Shown: positions 23,864-37,177, numbered from the whole stretch's first letter. The stretch is DNA of 63,427 bases, filler included, from Xylographa opegraphella (GCA_022813865.1; 3 parts of 3 records of this genome joined end to end with filler, not necessarily neighbours in it); one strand, 5' to 3'. Program-made: numbers and translations. The notes: a model not told the origin generated them from the letters alone.

Positions 23864-26800
23864 TGCAACGGCGTGTTACGTGACACCTTAATAAGTGATA
23901 AACGAAACGAGATTAAAACCCGTCCGGGACTCAGGCTAGTCCGAAAACGATTAGAAGTATTGGCGTTAACACTGTTTATTTTTACTTTTACGTATATTAT
24001 TAACCTTGCTTCCTTATATTATTTTAGGTTGAAATCGCTCATTTATAACTGTGATTTTAAACTTGTTTTTCTGGTAAAATAGCGAGTCGTAACATTAGAA
24101 TAATATCAACTTGTTCCCGACCTGTGGAGGTAATTAATATACCTTGGACAAACGAGTGTGTAAACGGATTTAATTTTTGTTTATATTATTAAGCGTTTTA
24201 TTTACAGTCAACCGCGTAATCAAAATGTTTTTAAATCGATTTTTGCGACTTACTAAACGACTACTAATCAAAATTTAAGCCTTATACGCAGTATAGGCAA
24301 AAGATTAAAAAGAGCCTTATATAAAGTGAACAAGAGACTCCGTGGAGTTTGAAAGAGCTAGGGCCTGGATTAAGATAACCACGTACTAGGGGTAGATGTT
24401 TGCGGTATCGTAGAACCAGGATGGTAATCTCAGAAGAAACTCCCGACTTGCAGGCGCTGCGAGATGCAGTATTGATGTACCCAGGTCTGGACGCCATAGG
24501 CGCTTCGGATTCTCCCAGAACATTAAAGGAAGTGTTTATACGAATTGAAACGAACCCCAAAGAGATGGGCCAGCAGCTTTTTGCATTGGCATACGAAAAC
24601 CAGCTACACATTGAATAATTAAAGAAACAGATTGCTGAGCTAGAAAGCGCGATTGTATTAGAGGAAAAACGTGCCGCGAGATACAAAAGAGAGGCTATAA
24701 ATAAATTAAAAAAGCACGACTGCTAGCAGATCAAGTAGCCTTATAAAAAAGTTTTTGTAATATAAAAGTACAATCGAATAGCGAGCCCGTTCGAAGACGC
24801 GCGATTCCCGAGCTAAAAAGTTAACGTTAAATATAATTATTAACAACATAAAAAGCAAAGCCAAACGTTTCGCAAAGTTTTTAAACCCGCCAATTTTTGA
24901 AAATAAAATAAAGCCGACCTTTCGCGTATAAAACAATCAGATAAAAAGCAAATTTCGTATTAACGATAATTGATTTAACGAAGAAAATCTTAAAAAAGTC
25001 GAGCAGGCAAAAATCGTATACATTAAAACGCGTATAAACGGCAAGGCAGCCGAGTATTTATACTCATGATTAAAAACTCAAAAAGAAGCAGGCAGCCTCG
25101 TTTACGTAAAAACGATGATCCAGTACCTTGAAAATGTTTTCGAAGATTTAAACCGACGCTTAAAGATTAAAACTCAGTTAAAGAAATTACGCATGGCGTA
25201 TTTAAACGACTTTAATACATTTTAGTCGAATTTTCTGCGCCTGGCGAATTCGGCAAAGATACGTACGAATTAATAAAAGGAAGAATTATATAATAAATTA
25301 TACGATTAATTGTAGATTCAAATAAAATTTACGTAATCGACGACGGTACGTTTTTCGACGTTTATTATAATAAGGCGCAGCAGTTTGCTAAAGAACTAAC
25401 TCGCGTAAATAAAAAAGAAAAGGCAAGAAAAAATTAGCTTCAAGGAAAGCGTTCGACTTCAAAAAATAATTATTACAGGAATACTGCACGAAGCAATCAA
25501 GTTTATAACGAAAATCTTTACAATTAACATTAAGTGTTACGCGTGCAATCAAATAGACCATTATACTTCAAATTATATTTAAAACGACAGGTTTAAAGCC
25601 GAAGCAAAAGGCGTCGATTCGAAATACAAACAATTTTCTTCAAACTTAAAAAACGGTTTATTTTAGGCGAACTTTTAGTACTAAAATTTACCAAAGGAGC
25701 AATAATTAATAAGCTAAAAATATTCGATATTTTAAAAGATTCGGCATTTAATATTCAGTGCAAGCTGGCGATCAACGAACTGACTGCGAATATTATAATA
25801 CTATTGAATACTGTAGTAAAAAATAAAGTTTTTATTTATTTAAAATACTTTGATTTTATTAAAAAAAATTAAATTTATATATTAAAACGATATACCGCGC
25901 AATCCCTTTGATCGAATATAATAATCGAAATTTCGAAACGATTTTTAAAGTATTTACAGCGAATCTGGTAATTGATTAAAGGCGAATTTCGACTTATTTT
26001 CTATTTTGCAATACAGGAAAACATAATATTTTGCTTAAACGCAAGTAATTCAAAAAGACAAAAACTCAATTGACTATTTAAGCAAAAAGTTGATTTGGTC
26101 AAAAGTATCAGGCCTCGCGAAATTTAACAATTACACGCAGTGAATTAAAATCACAGAAATCGAATCTCGTTCATCAGGCTAACGCTAAACGACGAGATTA
26201 AATGCAGGCAGTTGCGGTATTTACGCGAATTCTAAAAAGATCGAAGTTATTATTAAATACAACATTTTCACCATCAAAGAAAAAATCAGTTTTAAAGCTT
26301 CGAGCTCAATCGAAGACATAAAAAGTTAAACAACAAGTCGATAAAAACAAAATAAAAAAGCAGTTAAAATTACTCGTAAAAGAAAAAACGATATTAGTAT
26401 TATCTTGAAGGTCTATTTCAAATTCTTTTCTTTACGAAAAAGCGAACATCGCTTTATTAAAAGCAAATAACTTTTTAAAAAACGCGAGACGAAAAAACGT
26501 TATTATAAACGCTATTAATATTTACGAAATCGATTATTTAATCGACGATCGTATACAGTTCGCATTATTACCGAAGGATAAAAAAATTGAATCAGATGGT
26601 GAAAAACAGGCTTTCAAAATAGTACTGAAAATATGCGAACGTTTTTAGCAAAGCGGCCTCGAATTAATTACTTTAGCACAAAAAGAAAATGGATCACGAC
26701 ATCGTTTTAAAAACTGAAAACAATTTTATATTTAATTTTTTATATAATATATCACTCGAACAACTGAAGTTGATCAAAGTTTATTTAGAAATTATTTAAA

Positions 26801-29800
26801 AAAGGGCTTTATAATCCCTAGTAACGCGTTTTTTACCTCGTCAATACTATTTATTAAAAAGTTTAAAAAGGGGTGACGCTTTTGCGTAAACTACCGTAGA
26901 CTAAATGTTATAATCAAGAAAAACAAATATTCTTTACCTTTAATCAAAGAAACTTTAATACGGCTGATTAAAACAAAAAATATTTATAAAATTGAATATA
27001 AGATAAGCGTTTTATCCAATTAAAATAAAAGAATCGATAGAAATTCTTACTACGTTTTGTATTAAAATATAAATTTTATAAATACCAGATTTTACCCTTC
27101 GATTTATACAACGAGCCAGCATTTTTTTAGCGTTATATTAATAACGTTTTATTCGACTATTTGAATAACTTTTGTATAATATACATGAACGATATTTTTA
27201 TCTATTCGAAAAACCCTTTAAAGCACGAAGTTTAAATTAAAAAAAATTCTTTTACATTTTTAAAAAGCAGAACTGTAAATAAATATTAAAAAATCGAGTT
27301 TTACGTATAATTTACGAAGTTTCTAGGCTTTATAATCAATATAAAAAATATTATTATAAATTCAAAGTAAATTACAGTCGTAAAAAACTGATCATTTCTT
27401 AAGTCGATTAAGGAAATTCAGTCGTTTCTCGAATTTTATAACTTTTACAGAAATTTTTTAGAAAAATAGGGCCGAACCGTACGTTTATTAACGAAATTAA
27501 TAAATAAAAATACTTAACACCCTTTATAAAAGCTCGAAATTTAAGCTTTTAAAAGAGTAAAAAATTTAATCTTGTTCGACGCAGTTAAGGCTCATTATTC
27601 TCCTTTTTTATTTACAAGAATAGAAATCGACGCAAGCGACGGAGTTATTACAAAAAGTTTTTCTTATATAATAACAAAAAAACGGTATTTGAAAATCGAT
27701 AGTTTACTTTTTAAAAACATTATTATCGAAAGAGATGCGTTACGAGATTCACGATAAAGAAATACTTGCAGTAATTAAAGCGTTATAAATATGGCGTAAT
27801 ATACTATTAAAACTGCAAGCAGTTCCTTTTGTAGCTATTATCAATCACCGGGGCCCTGGAGTACTTTATTATAAAACGACTGCTTAACCCGAGGCAAGTT
27901 AAATGGGCAGATATAGTGGCGAACTACGACTTCAAGATTATTTATCGCCCAGGAACAGTTAATATAATAACGAATACCTTGATGCGAAAGCACGACGAGT
28001 TAATTACGCAAAAGAAAAAAAATATAGTCGCCCGTACGCAGTTATTTATAAATTTTAATTTTATAATCATGTTAATAAAAGAAGCACTCGATGCGAACGC
28101 AGAATCCCAGGATTTTGGCATAAAAAACGTTTACGAATTAGTTGATCGGCTATTGTAAATAAATCGAACACACGAGACTTCAGCACCATTCAGAGAAATG
28201 GCAAAAATTAACGAAAAAGAATAAAAGTTTCAAAACGGGCTGCTTATTTGATTTGATAAATTATAATATTTAATTACGATTGTATACAAACGCTTTTGAT
28301 TAACGAAGCTTATTTAATATAAATTATCGTTTATTCGAGAACAACTAAAATAGTTAAACTACTAATAAAACAGTATTATTAATTAAATTTAATAAATAAC
28401 TATACTACTTTCGTAATTAACTGCCGAATATACAGAAGAACTTACGTATTTAGAAATAAAACCCCTGGATTATTATATTTATTATCGATTGGAAGTGAAT
28501 GCTGGCAGTAAGTTTCAATTAATTTCAAAACGTTTTTATTGAATTTAAAAGGGTTCGACAATATTTTTATTGTAGTAAATCAATTCGAAAAGCGAGTTTT
28601 TTTATTATTTTATCGAAAAACGATGACTGCCGCGCAAGCTGCAAAACTATACTATCAATATATATAAAGGATTTATGGCACGCCCGAAACGATCATTTCG
28701 AATAAAGAATCACAGTTTACGTCGGTATTTATGAACGAATTATACAAATTTACGAGAGTTAAATAAAAGCTTTCGACTGCGTATTACCCGCAAACAAACA
28801 AAATCATCGAAGTGTTAAATTAATATATTGACCAACGACTTTACCCTTTTGTCAATTACTTTTAAAATAACTGGTTAAATTTTCTGCCAATTTTAGATTT
28901 CGCGCAGGCTATTTTGCTTTATGCGTCGATCGATATATTACTTTATGTTACGGCTCATCAACTCACCACGCAAGCACGCCTAGAACGTAAGCTTTAGGTG
29001 GACGATTTCAACCCAGATTAAGATGGAGAAGCGGTGAGGCTGCTCCATAGGCGAGACTATACACTAAAGGTGCTAGTCCTGATCCAGCCCGACCCCTATT
29101 ACCTGTGACTGATGTCATAGCCGTCACACTTTACAAATTGAAGCTCGAATAAAGCCTTTATTTATATTTCGACTGAAAGGACCGTACGCAGTTTTCGGCA
29201 ACCGTTAAAGAATAATTTACGAGGGAGAAAACTCAGGCATTTGCATTCAAAATATATTAAACAGTTAAATAGGTCAAAAAAATCTGCAACGAGTTTAAAA
29301 AAGAATAATAAATCAAGCCAATAAACATCGCAGAGAACCCGATTTTACAGTAAACGATTAAATATACGTAATAAGAAAAGACTGAACTACGCAAAAATCG
29401 AGCATAAAATTAAATTATTAAACAGCAGAACCCTTTAAAATTTCGACGATGAAAGATTATTCGTACGTATTAAACCTGTTTAAGCATATGAAAATAAATA
29501 ACGTATTTCACGTAAACAGACTTAAAAGAGATCCCGAGAATTTATTATCGAGTCAAATTCAAAAACCTGACGAATCAATTAAAATTAACGGCGAACTCGA
29601 ATATACAATCGAGCGAATCTTAGCCAGTTGAATTAAAAAAGATATTTTACAATATTAAATCGAATAGCAAGGGCACGATTCAAACGCCGACTGATACAAC
29701 ACAGAAATTTTTATCGAATCGCTTTAAAAAATAAAAACTACTATACTATTTATTTAGAAAAAGCTGAACCGCCAGCAAGATTAAGAATCTGGTTGAATAT

Positions 29801-30158
29801 TTATAAATCGAGCATGGAGCTGGAACCTATAAAGGAAAACAACGCACCTGCCAAGAAGAAAGGCACGCAGAATAAGCGACGGGTGAGACGAAAGGCTTCA
29901 ACGGCCTGAGAACAGACCTTCTGTTCTGAAAAGGGGTAATATAATAGCGTGTTACATGGCACCTTAATAAATGATAAACAAAACGGGATTAAAATCAGAC
30001 TAGTCCGAAAACGGTTAGAAATCTTGGTGTTAACACTGTTTATTTTAATTTTTACGTGTATTTTTAAACTTGTTTTCTTATATTATTTCAGGTTGAAATC
30101 GCTCATTTATAACTGTGATTTTAAATTTGCTTTTCTGATGAAATAACGAGCCGTAACA
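23864..30158 (+). mobile_element. Full-length RIP-inactivated Ty3/Gypsy retrotransposon with chromodomain (family A)
   Basis: LTRs 23864-24094 and 29940-30158; TSD ATAAT on both sides; purine tract before the 3' LTR; RT remnants RFCVNYRRLN and YMNDIFIYS; RNase H IEIDASDGV; integrase; chromodomain GELEYTIERIL. Confidence 0.93.
28946..29128. mobile_element. Solo LTR (family C) nested in the Gypsy integrase region
   Basis: TG...CA, 183 bp, TSD CTTTA; near-identical to 62989-63170; normal GC content. Confidence 0.93.
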
Positions 30159-30592
30159 ATAATAACCCTTATTTTCGATTTCGTAATTATTAATAAAAAA
30201 AACTTTAAATATTATTATAAATAAATTTTGTTTGTTTTTACGTACGATATTTCGAGGTTTTAAAAATTTATTCTATTATTTTTATCGTAAAATATTTATT
30301 GCAGTAAATTCTCGATTTTTATTTAAAATTGATCGAAAAAATATTTTTTAATAAATATATCAATAAATTCTTTAATATTATTGTAGTTAAAATATATAAA
30401 TATTGATATTACGTACGTAATTAAATTTTAATTAAATTTTATGAAATTTCGAAAGATATCTCGACTTTCGTAGTTTAAATAATCGAAATAGTAATCAATT
30501 TCAAAAAAGTATTTTTTATATATAACCGTATAGTTTAAAAGCTTTTTATTAAATTTAATTAATTATTTTTTATTAAATTTCATCAAGGTATG

Positions 30593-30905
30593 TGTTAAGG
30601 TTCTCACCTCCACAGGGAATCTCGGGACAGGAGGAACCTGGCCCCGAGGTTGCTCCTGTTGCTCCTGTCAGGAGCAAGAGGAGCACTCAGGAACAGGACT
30701 TCTATATAGAGCGGAGGATCTCCTATGTGGTAGAAGGCGTGTTCAACTCATGTTATGATCTTAGACTATTAGGCTTCAATACAATACTGTACGAAGACTA
30801 TTAGACTGGAGCATTAAGACTGCATCGTGACTTNNNNNNNACTCATTGACGAATCCAACCCAGATCCCTAATCGAACTATACTAGTGAGAGGCAGGATCG
30901 TAACA
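30593..30905. mobile_element. Solo LTR (family B, variant 1)
   Basis: TGTTA...TAACA with TSD GTATG; short N run inside. Confidence 0.9.
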
Positions 30906-31700
30906 GTATGAATATCGATTTTAAACATTATTAAGATTTTTTTATTAATAATTTATTAATAATTTTATGATAAACGATTAAGTAGTAATAAATAATAAAT
31001 AAAATTAAATAAAATGATTTTTTCGTACCCGAGTTTTATGGTGAAATTTTTATCGATTTTAATTTCATTATTTTTAATTTTAATTTTTAACGATTTTTAT
31101 TACTATTATTTTTAATCGTATAATCGTGAAACGAGACGCGATCTTGAATTAAATATATATTCGTTTCAAAATTAATGATTTAATTGAGTTTTGTAATAGA
31201 ATTGATAAAATCAATTAATATATATATTTTAAATTTCGTTTTGCAGAACGAATTGAAGGCAGAATTGAATTAAATTACATTAATTGTTATAAGTTCGATT
31301 TTATTTTGATTGTTATATTCGCTCGAGTTTTTTTTCGCTTTTAAATTTCTCGTTTTTTATTTTTTTCTTTTCTTTTTTATTTAATTTTTTTATTTCTTTA
31401 ATTAATTAATTTAATAATCGAAGCGAAACTTTTTCGAGTATAAATTTTAAATATAAACATTAAAATTCCAACGATTTATAAAAGTTTTTGCGGTAATAAT
31501 TATATAGAACTTTTCTATTTTTCTTAATTTTTTTTTAATTTTTTTTAATTTTTTTATTTAATTTTTTTTTATTTAATTTTTTTTATTTAATTTTTTTTAT
31601 TTAATTTTTTTTTAATTTTTTTTATTTTATTTTTATTTTTTTTTATTTTTNNNNNNNNNNNNNNNNNNNNNNNNNNNNNNNNNNNNNNNNNNNNNNNNNN

Positions 31701-31761
31701 ATTGACGAATCCAACCCAGATCCCTAATCGAACTATACTAGTGAGAGGCAGGATCGTAACA
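31701..31761 (+). mobile_element. LTR family B end following a gap
   Basis: Identical to the end of 30593-30905. Confidence 0.85.
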
Positions 31762-32399
31762 GCCTTGCCGCTGTTTTTTTTGCTTAGCTACGCCACTTTT
31801 GCTATCAAGGTTTTATTCTTTTTTTCTAGTAACTTTGTAATTCCTGGTAGTAATAACCCGTTTGCGGTTAAAACGCTATTTCTACGTACGTTATTAAATT
31901 TAATAAAATATAACTAATTTTTAAGCACCCTCGAGCTACCTACAGCGAATTTTTTAGCCGTTTTTTTTAATTATTTTTATTTTTTATACGTTTTTACCGG
32001 TAATTCGTATACGATCGTGGTTTTTAACGTTTTTTATTATTATAATATATTTTTAGTTTTTTTTGCCTTGTTGATTGCGAACCTTTTTTTTATAGCTTTT
32101 CTGACTATCGTCGAATTGATTTTCGTTTTTTCCTTCACGCTCGCGCGTAATGTGTTAATAGTATAATATTATATATTAATATATTTCGATGGTACTAACA
32201 GTTTCGAAAAAATAAAAAAAATATTACTAAAATAGCTTCCGGGTAACGTTCTGGCGATCATTATATAAATTAATAATTCTTTCGAAGAAATTTGAATGCT
32301 TTGTTTTTATATATTCGCTAGGGCCGTAATCTCTGCCTTTAAGGCCGCCGATTTTAATTTAAATATAGTATTTTTATTCGATAGCTTCTGGATGATCTG

Positions 32400-32631
32400 T
32401 GTAACGGCGTGTTACATGGCACCTTAACAAGTGATAGACGGAACGGGACTAAAGCGCGTCCGGNNNNNNNNNNNNNNNNNNNNNNNNNNNNNNNNNNNNN
32501 NNNNNNNNNNNNNNNNNNNNNNNTCTACGTGTATTACTAAACTTGCTTCCTTGTATTATTCTAGGTTGAAATCGCTCACCTATAGCTGAGGTTCTAGGCC
32601 TGCCTTTCTGGTGAGATAGCGAGCCGTAACA
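32400..32631 (+). mobile_element. Solo LTR of Gypsy family A (N-gap inside, so it could be a collapsed full element)
   Basis: TGTAACGGCG...GCCGTAACA with TSD ATCTG. Confidence 0.88.
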
Positions 32632-33371
32632 ATCTGTATTTAAGCATTTAATTAAGTTTATAATATTACCACTCGTTTCCTTGTTTATTGAATAAGCATT
32701 TCCTCCAAAGCGGCGAATTCTGTTTTTATTTTCTGAATAAAACCCGATAGATCTGCTATAAACGTATCGTCCTTTATCTCGATCGAAAAAAGGTTTAAAT
32801 CTAATGCCATTTCGCTTTCGATATTATTACTTTCGTTTATATCAGCTTCTTGTGCTTCCCGTGCCTTTTATAAGGCGATTCTTTTTCGCTCGGAGCTTCT
32901 TTGCTTCTAGTTGACTGTCCTGGTGCGGTCGGGCGCTATGCGGCTACCCCAACTGTACGTAATAAGGTAGAATGTCACAAATAGAATATCAGCAGCTTGT
33001 CGTGTGATAAATAGCTTCCAGGTACTCTGTGCAAAAGGTATGTAACGTAAAGAGACAGCATCAAGTCAAAGGACGAAGGATGTATGTCCTACATAATCCT
33101 TTCTACAAGTGGAGCATTGTGGTCATAAGTCAAGTAGCTACACGTCGGGACCGCTAATAATTAGCGCCGTTCGTAGGTTTGACTCAGCCTGGACTCGTTA
33201 TAGTGGACGCTAGACAGGGTTTCCTTGACACAGATGCTAGTAGTACTACACGTAAAGGATCAACGTGCCTTTGCCGCTCAAGACAAGGTTACCTCGGGAT
33301 GGAACATTCTGAGGCTTATATATAACATGACCTCCAACCACCCTCCTATGCGACCAGCCAAAAGTGCAATT

Positions 33372-34210
33372 ATGCCTATCATTAGTTCCGAGATTCTTGC
33401 TCAAGGAAGTGGGTCGCTGCTTGAGCCAGGAGACACGGTTACTTTGTTTGTTGTAGGCACACTTGACGACCCTCTCGGTCCAAAAACTAGGTTCCTGCGT
33501 GGTGAATGGGTGGCGCATGAGGTTCGCATAAAGAAACAGTCGATATTAGGTACGATTCCGACAGGTTAGCAATTTATTCAAGGCTAACCCAGATTGCAGA
33601 TGAAGCAGTAATTGGAAGGTCTATAGGTGACTGTGTAAAAGTTCAATTGTATAGAGCGATACGCGTCTTGCAAGAGAGTAGAATTGGTTGACCCAATTTT
33701 ATAGCTTATCGACCCGAACTCAGAATAATAACCCGTGTCTCTTGTATAATAAAAGGTCCGTTTATATTAGAGGTATACTGAGCAATTATAGCTTATTTCA
33801 GGTATGGGGACGTGGCAAGTTACAAATCAGCAGATCTATAATACATCGGCGAAAGCGGCAAGACAGAGTCATCGTGTCGATATGTCAAGACCTTACGATG
33901 TCTCGTTGGGAGCATAATTTCAGGAAAAATTCGCGAAGGTATATCATTGTTCGTATTGCTACGCTAGCTCCGAACTGGCTAATGAGTGGTGCTTGACAGC
34001 TTCGTACAACCGAGTACTTCTATCTTGAGAGCAAATTTGACCTCTTCCAAGACGTCTATATTACCAATTACAACCACTACACTTCCGGAAGGTCCCTTCA
34101 TCCGCGATGGTTCTGTCTGCTCGAGCAGGAAACCACGATTGGACCGGACGGACCGAAGAAAAAGTGCGCCACCCTCTTTACAACAAGAGCACGATCACGA
34201 GTGCCATGGA
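33372..34210 (+). pseudogene. Degraded spliced gene with a divergent FKBP-like N-terminus
   Basis: MPIISSEILAQGSGSLLEPGDTVTLFVVGTLDD...IPT|DEAVIGRSIGDCVKVQL across a gttagc...gctaac...gcag intron; downstream exons contain stops. Confidence 0.45.
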
Positions 34211-36340
34211 ATCAAGCGCCATAGGCATGATTAAAACAAAGAGGGCGAACTTCCCATGACCGTCTGAGCTTATGCAACTTAATGGACAGAGAACACTCGG
34301 GGGAAAATACGCCGGATGGAAGAATGCGGCGAAAGGAGCAATACTCTGTGCGATAAACTTCTTATATTCGATCAATACAAGCTTCCACATCTCCTGTGCT
34401 ATACTATTTGATTATACGAGACTCGCAAAGCAATCGCTGTGAGGAACATACGTATTTTACATAACGTATAGAAGAAACACACGTCCAAACATTCCATGTC
34501 GATATACACACTGTCTTTCATGACTTACGATCTGCTTATCTACTTTGGCTTACATCACTCTTCCAGAATAAGTGAGCTGAAACTCGATATCAAGACCCAG
34601 TCTTTCTCATAATCTTGGACCGCCTTCATCAGACCTAGACATTCTACTTCCACGAAAGAGCTATTGTGATTGAGCTCAGTCCTGGTTCTTGATGCGTTGT
34701 ACTGATCTGTGAGTCCGTCAAATCTGTCTAGCGGAGGTGCATCTTTGTCGAGTGTAATCACGAAAAGTTGGATAAGATCGGTGTATTTGTCTTCGAAGGT
34801 AGTGAGTACCCGTAGAAATGAAAAATGCCATTCTCTCGAAGACTGTTCGCTTGTTGCTAAGAGATTGACCCTTCAAGAGAGCATCCAGGTCTGCTAAGTA
34901 GGAACCTTTGATAGGCTTAGTAGTATCGTTTGACCGATAGGGAAGAAGTCGTTCGAGGCAATAGAAGGCAATTATAATCAACCCGAGCTGTTCAGCCGTT
35001 TGAGAATCTTGAAATTCTTTAGTCAATCGCTGATATACCTCCGAGCTCCCGCCTGTGCTTGCCCATTCAGTAAGTATCTCGAGGGACTGACCGGAAGCCA
35101 TTGAGCTCCAAGAAAGAAGCAATAATATGTTATTTTCAGGCTTTCGAAGAGAAGGGCGTGCATTGTATACTTGCTCACTATCTCCTGTTAGTAGTAGTTC
35201 TTCTGCGATTTCAGAACGACAAATTACAAGTGTATACGAATTGAATCAACATATCCTGTCCCACATTTGTTCAACAACTGCGACGGAAGACTCTGGTAAT
35301 ATCAGCATTAACCAAACCGGTATATAAGATATCGTACCAAGTATCCTTCTCGATAACCGATGGGAAGGATAGCCATTATGTCCATACTCCATTTCACTGT
35401 ATCTGACACGCTGAATTCTTGGTCTTCGGTGAAAACATTAGACTTCAGAAGAGCGATGTGTATTAGCTCTGAGTTAAAGTTTCCGAATTGAGTTGTAGCA
35501 TCAATGCCGATAAGAGCACCCAGTACTCTAGCATTGTCACTGGCTGAGTATTCTTGATCTCGTACATGTTGTCGACAGTCTACCTTACCGCCAGAGATTT
35601 CAAGCATCACTCGAACGAGTGAAATAATCTGAAAACCTGAGCGCATCTTCTGTTCTGATATAGTTTCAGATAGATCTTGACAATCTTGCTGCAGGAGTTG
35701 GAGCAAATTGTCCTGATCTCTCGCAAAGAGAGCGAGGGCAGAAGGAGAGTCATAGTGTTCAACCAAGTTCAGGCCAAGAAGCACCAATCGTTGTGCTAAA
35801 TTCTTGCGGACTTTGGGATTAGATACCTTGGGGACGTTAATAAATGGTGAATGCCACGCAGCGGAAAGCTTACAAGGATGTCATGGTCCAGAATTGCCCT
35901 TTCAAGCTGTATCTCCAGTCCATTTTGTCTAGCAAAATTCCGATAACACTGTACGAGTTCTGGAATGCCACGAACGCGGATCATAGCCACCGCATCGGAA
36001 AGAAATTGAGCATAAGCTCTTTCCTTCGCCTCCTTAATGCCATAGGGTTTGTAGAACTCGAACAATGAACCCAACGATTGAGAGAGAGCGACTTCATTTT
36101 CTGACTCTGTTCGATCCACCGGTAAATAGCTAAGCGTCCACGGGCAAAGTTGGTCCGATGGTGAGTTCTGTAAGGCCCTGTAAATCGCAAGGTCTTCGAG
36201 AACAGTCCAAAGTATCTCACCTCCTGCTCAACATGTTCAACTACCTGAATATACTTGAACGCTGACCACTCCGCTTCGATTGTGGGAGTTGAAGGTGGCG
36301 TCTGAGTAACTGCATACATTCTGGGCTTAAAGAACTTGGC
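34200..36340 (-). pseudogene. Intron-rich gene of unknown family, probably degraded
   Basis: Series of minus-strand ORFs; a clean phase-0 intron 35873-35827 joins ...DHDIL to VSNPKVRKNLAQRLVLLGL; other junctions give stops or frameshifts; boundaries approximate. Confidence 0.5.
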
Positions 36341-36509
36341 AAAGAATGTTTCAAAGAAAAAGGCAACCAGCACTCCAAGGAGTCTTATAGGCTAGCATCT
36401 GTACATCGTACCAACTCTCAGGTACAGAATATTAATGATGTGATAGACCAGCTCTCACACTTTGCCATCCATACAAAATGTGATAACCGAGTCTAACAAG
36501 GATCTGTAG

Positions 36510-36962
36510 TCTAACGATTAAAAGCTAGCACCCTAAGGGACAGCTCACGTAGCTAGTCTGGCAAGGGATGCGAAACAAAAATAATCTAACGATTAAAAGC
36601 TAGCACCCCAAGGGAGCTAGTCTGGCAAGGGATGCGAAACAAAAACCGTCTAACGATTAAAAGCTAGCACCTTAAGGGACAGCTCCTGTAGCTAGTCTGC
36701 GGACGGGGAAGTTCCACTACGGCAGCTTCTCCATTAAGGGCTAGTATCCTAAGGGACAACTCACGCAGCCAGTCTGGCAAGGGTAGTTGCTGGGAGAACG
36801 CATAACGATTGTTAGCGCAATATATTGCGGCAAGGAATTAGCACAACTAGAACCCCTGATAGACTTTTGCTAACAGTTGTGGATTGCGGGAGTAAAAGAT
36901 CACGAGAACTTTCTATCCTCAAAAAGCCATTACTCGCGCTAGTAGTCTGGCAAGGGTAGTTG
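36510..36962. repeat. Motif array 2: ~75-bp tandem units containing GCTAGCACCCTAAGGGACAGCTC-N5-GCTAGTCTGGCAAGGG
   Basis: Units at 36510-36584, 36585-36648 (11-bp deletion), 36649-36699 and degenerate 36740-36789; half-site at 36944-36962. Confidence 0.92.
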
Positions 36963-37177
36963 GAATGCTCGGCGGGACCCGCGAAGTCCATCGAGGCGCT
37001 TCACTAGCATCATCAGTTCTGGTGTTGTTGCAGTCGCTCCTTGAATGGAACTTAAATGATGGACTTTCCTGCAGTATCCTTTACACCCAACCTCTAACCC
37101 GAAAGTTGTAGCCATCCTCCCTACACTCAAACTTGCCTGTACTAATTGTACACCGTATTTTTATCTCTTACGAAACC

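Larger units (their letters stand above)
17935..33000. mobile_element. RIP-degraded transposon block with nested LTR elements and unidentifiable older relics
   Basis: Abrupt shift to very AT-rich sequence, TpA excess, CpA/TpG depletion, no intact ORFs. Confidence 0.9.

Noticed and set aside
31762..33000. Possible LINE ORF1 5' end on the minus strand
   Set aside because: Coding-like but with no diagnostic motif; kept within the generic RIP block
36510..36789. CRISPR-like array near a nuclease-like gene
   Set aside because: Units are tandem duplications without unique, equal-length spacers; eukaryotic context with no cas genes
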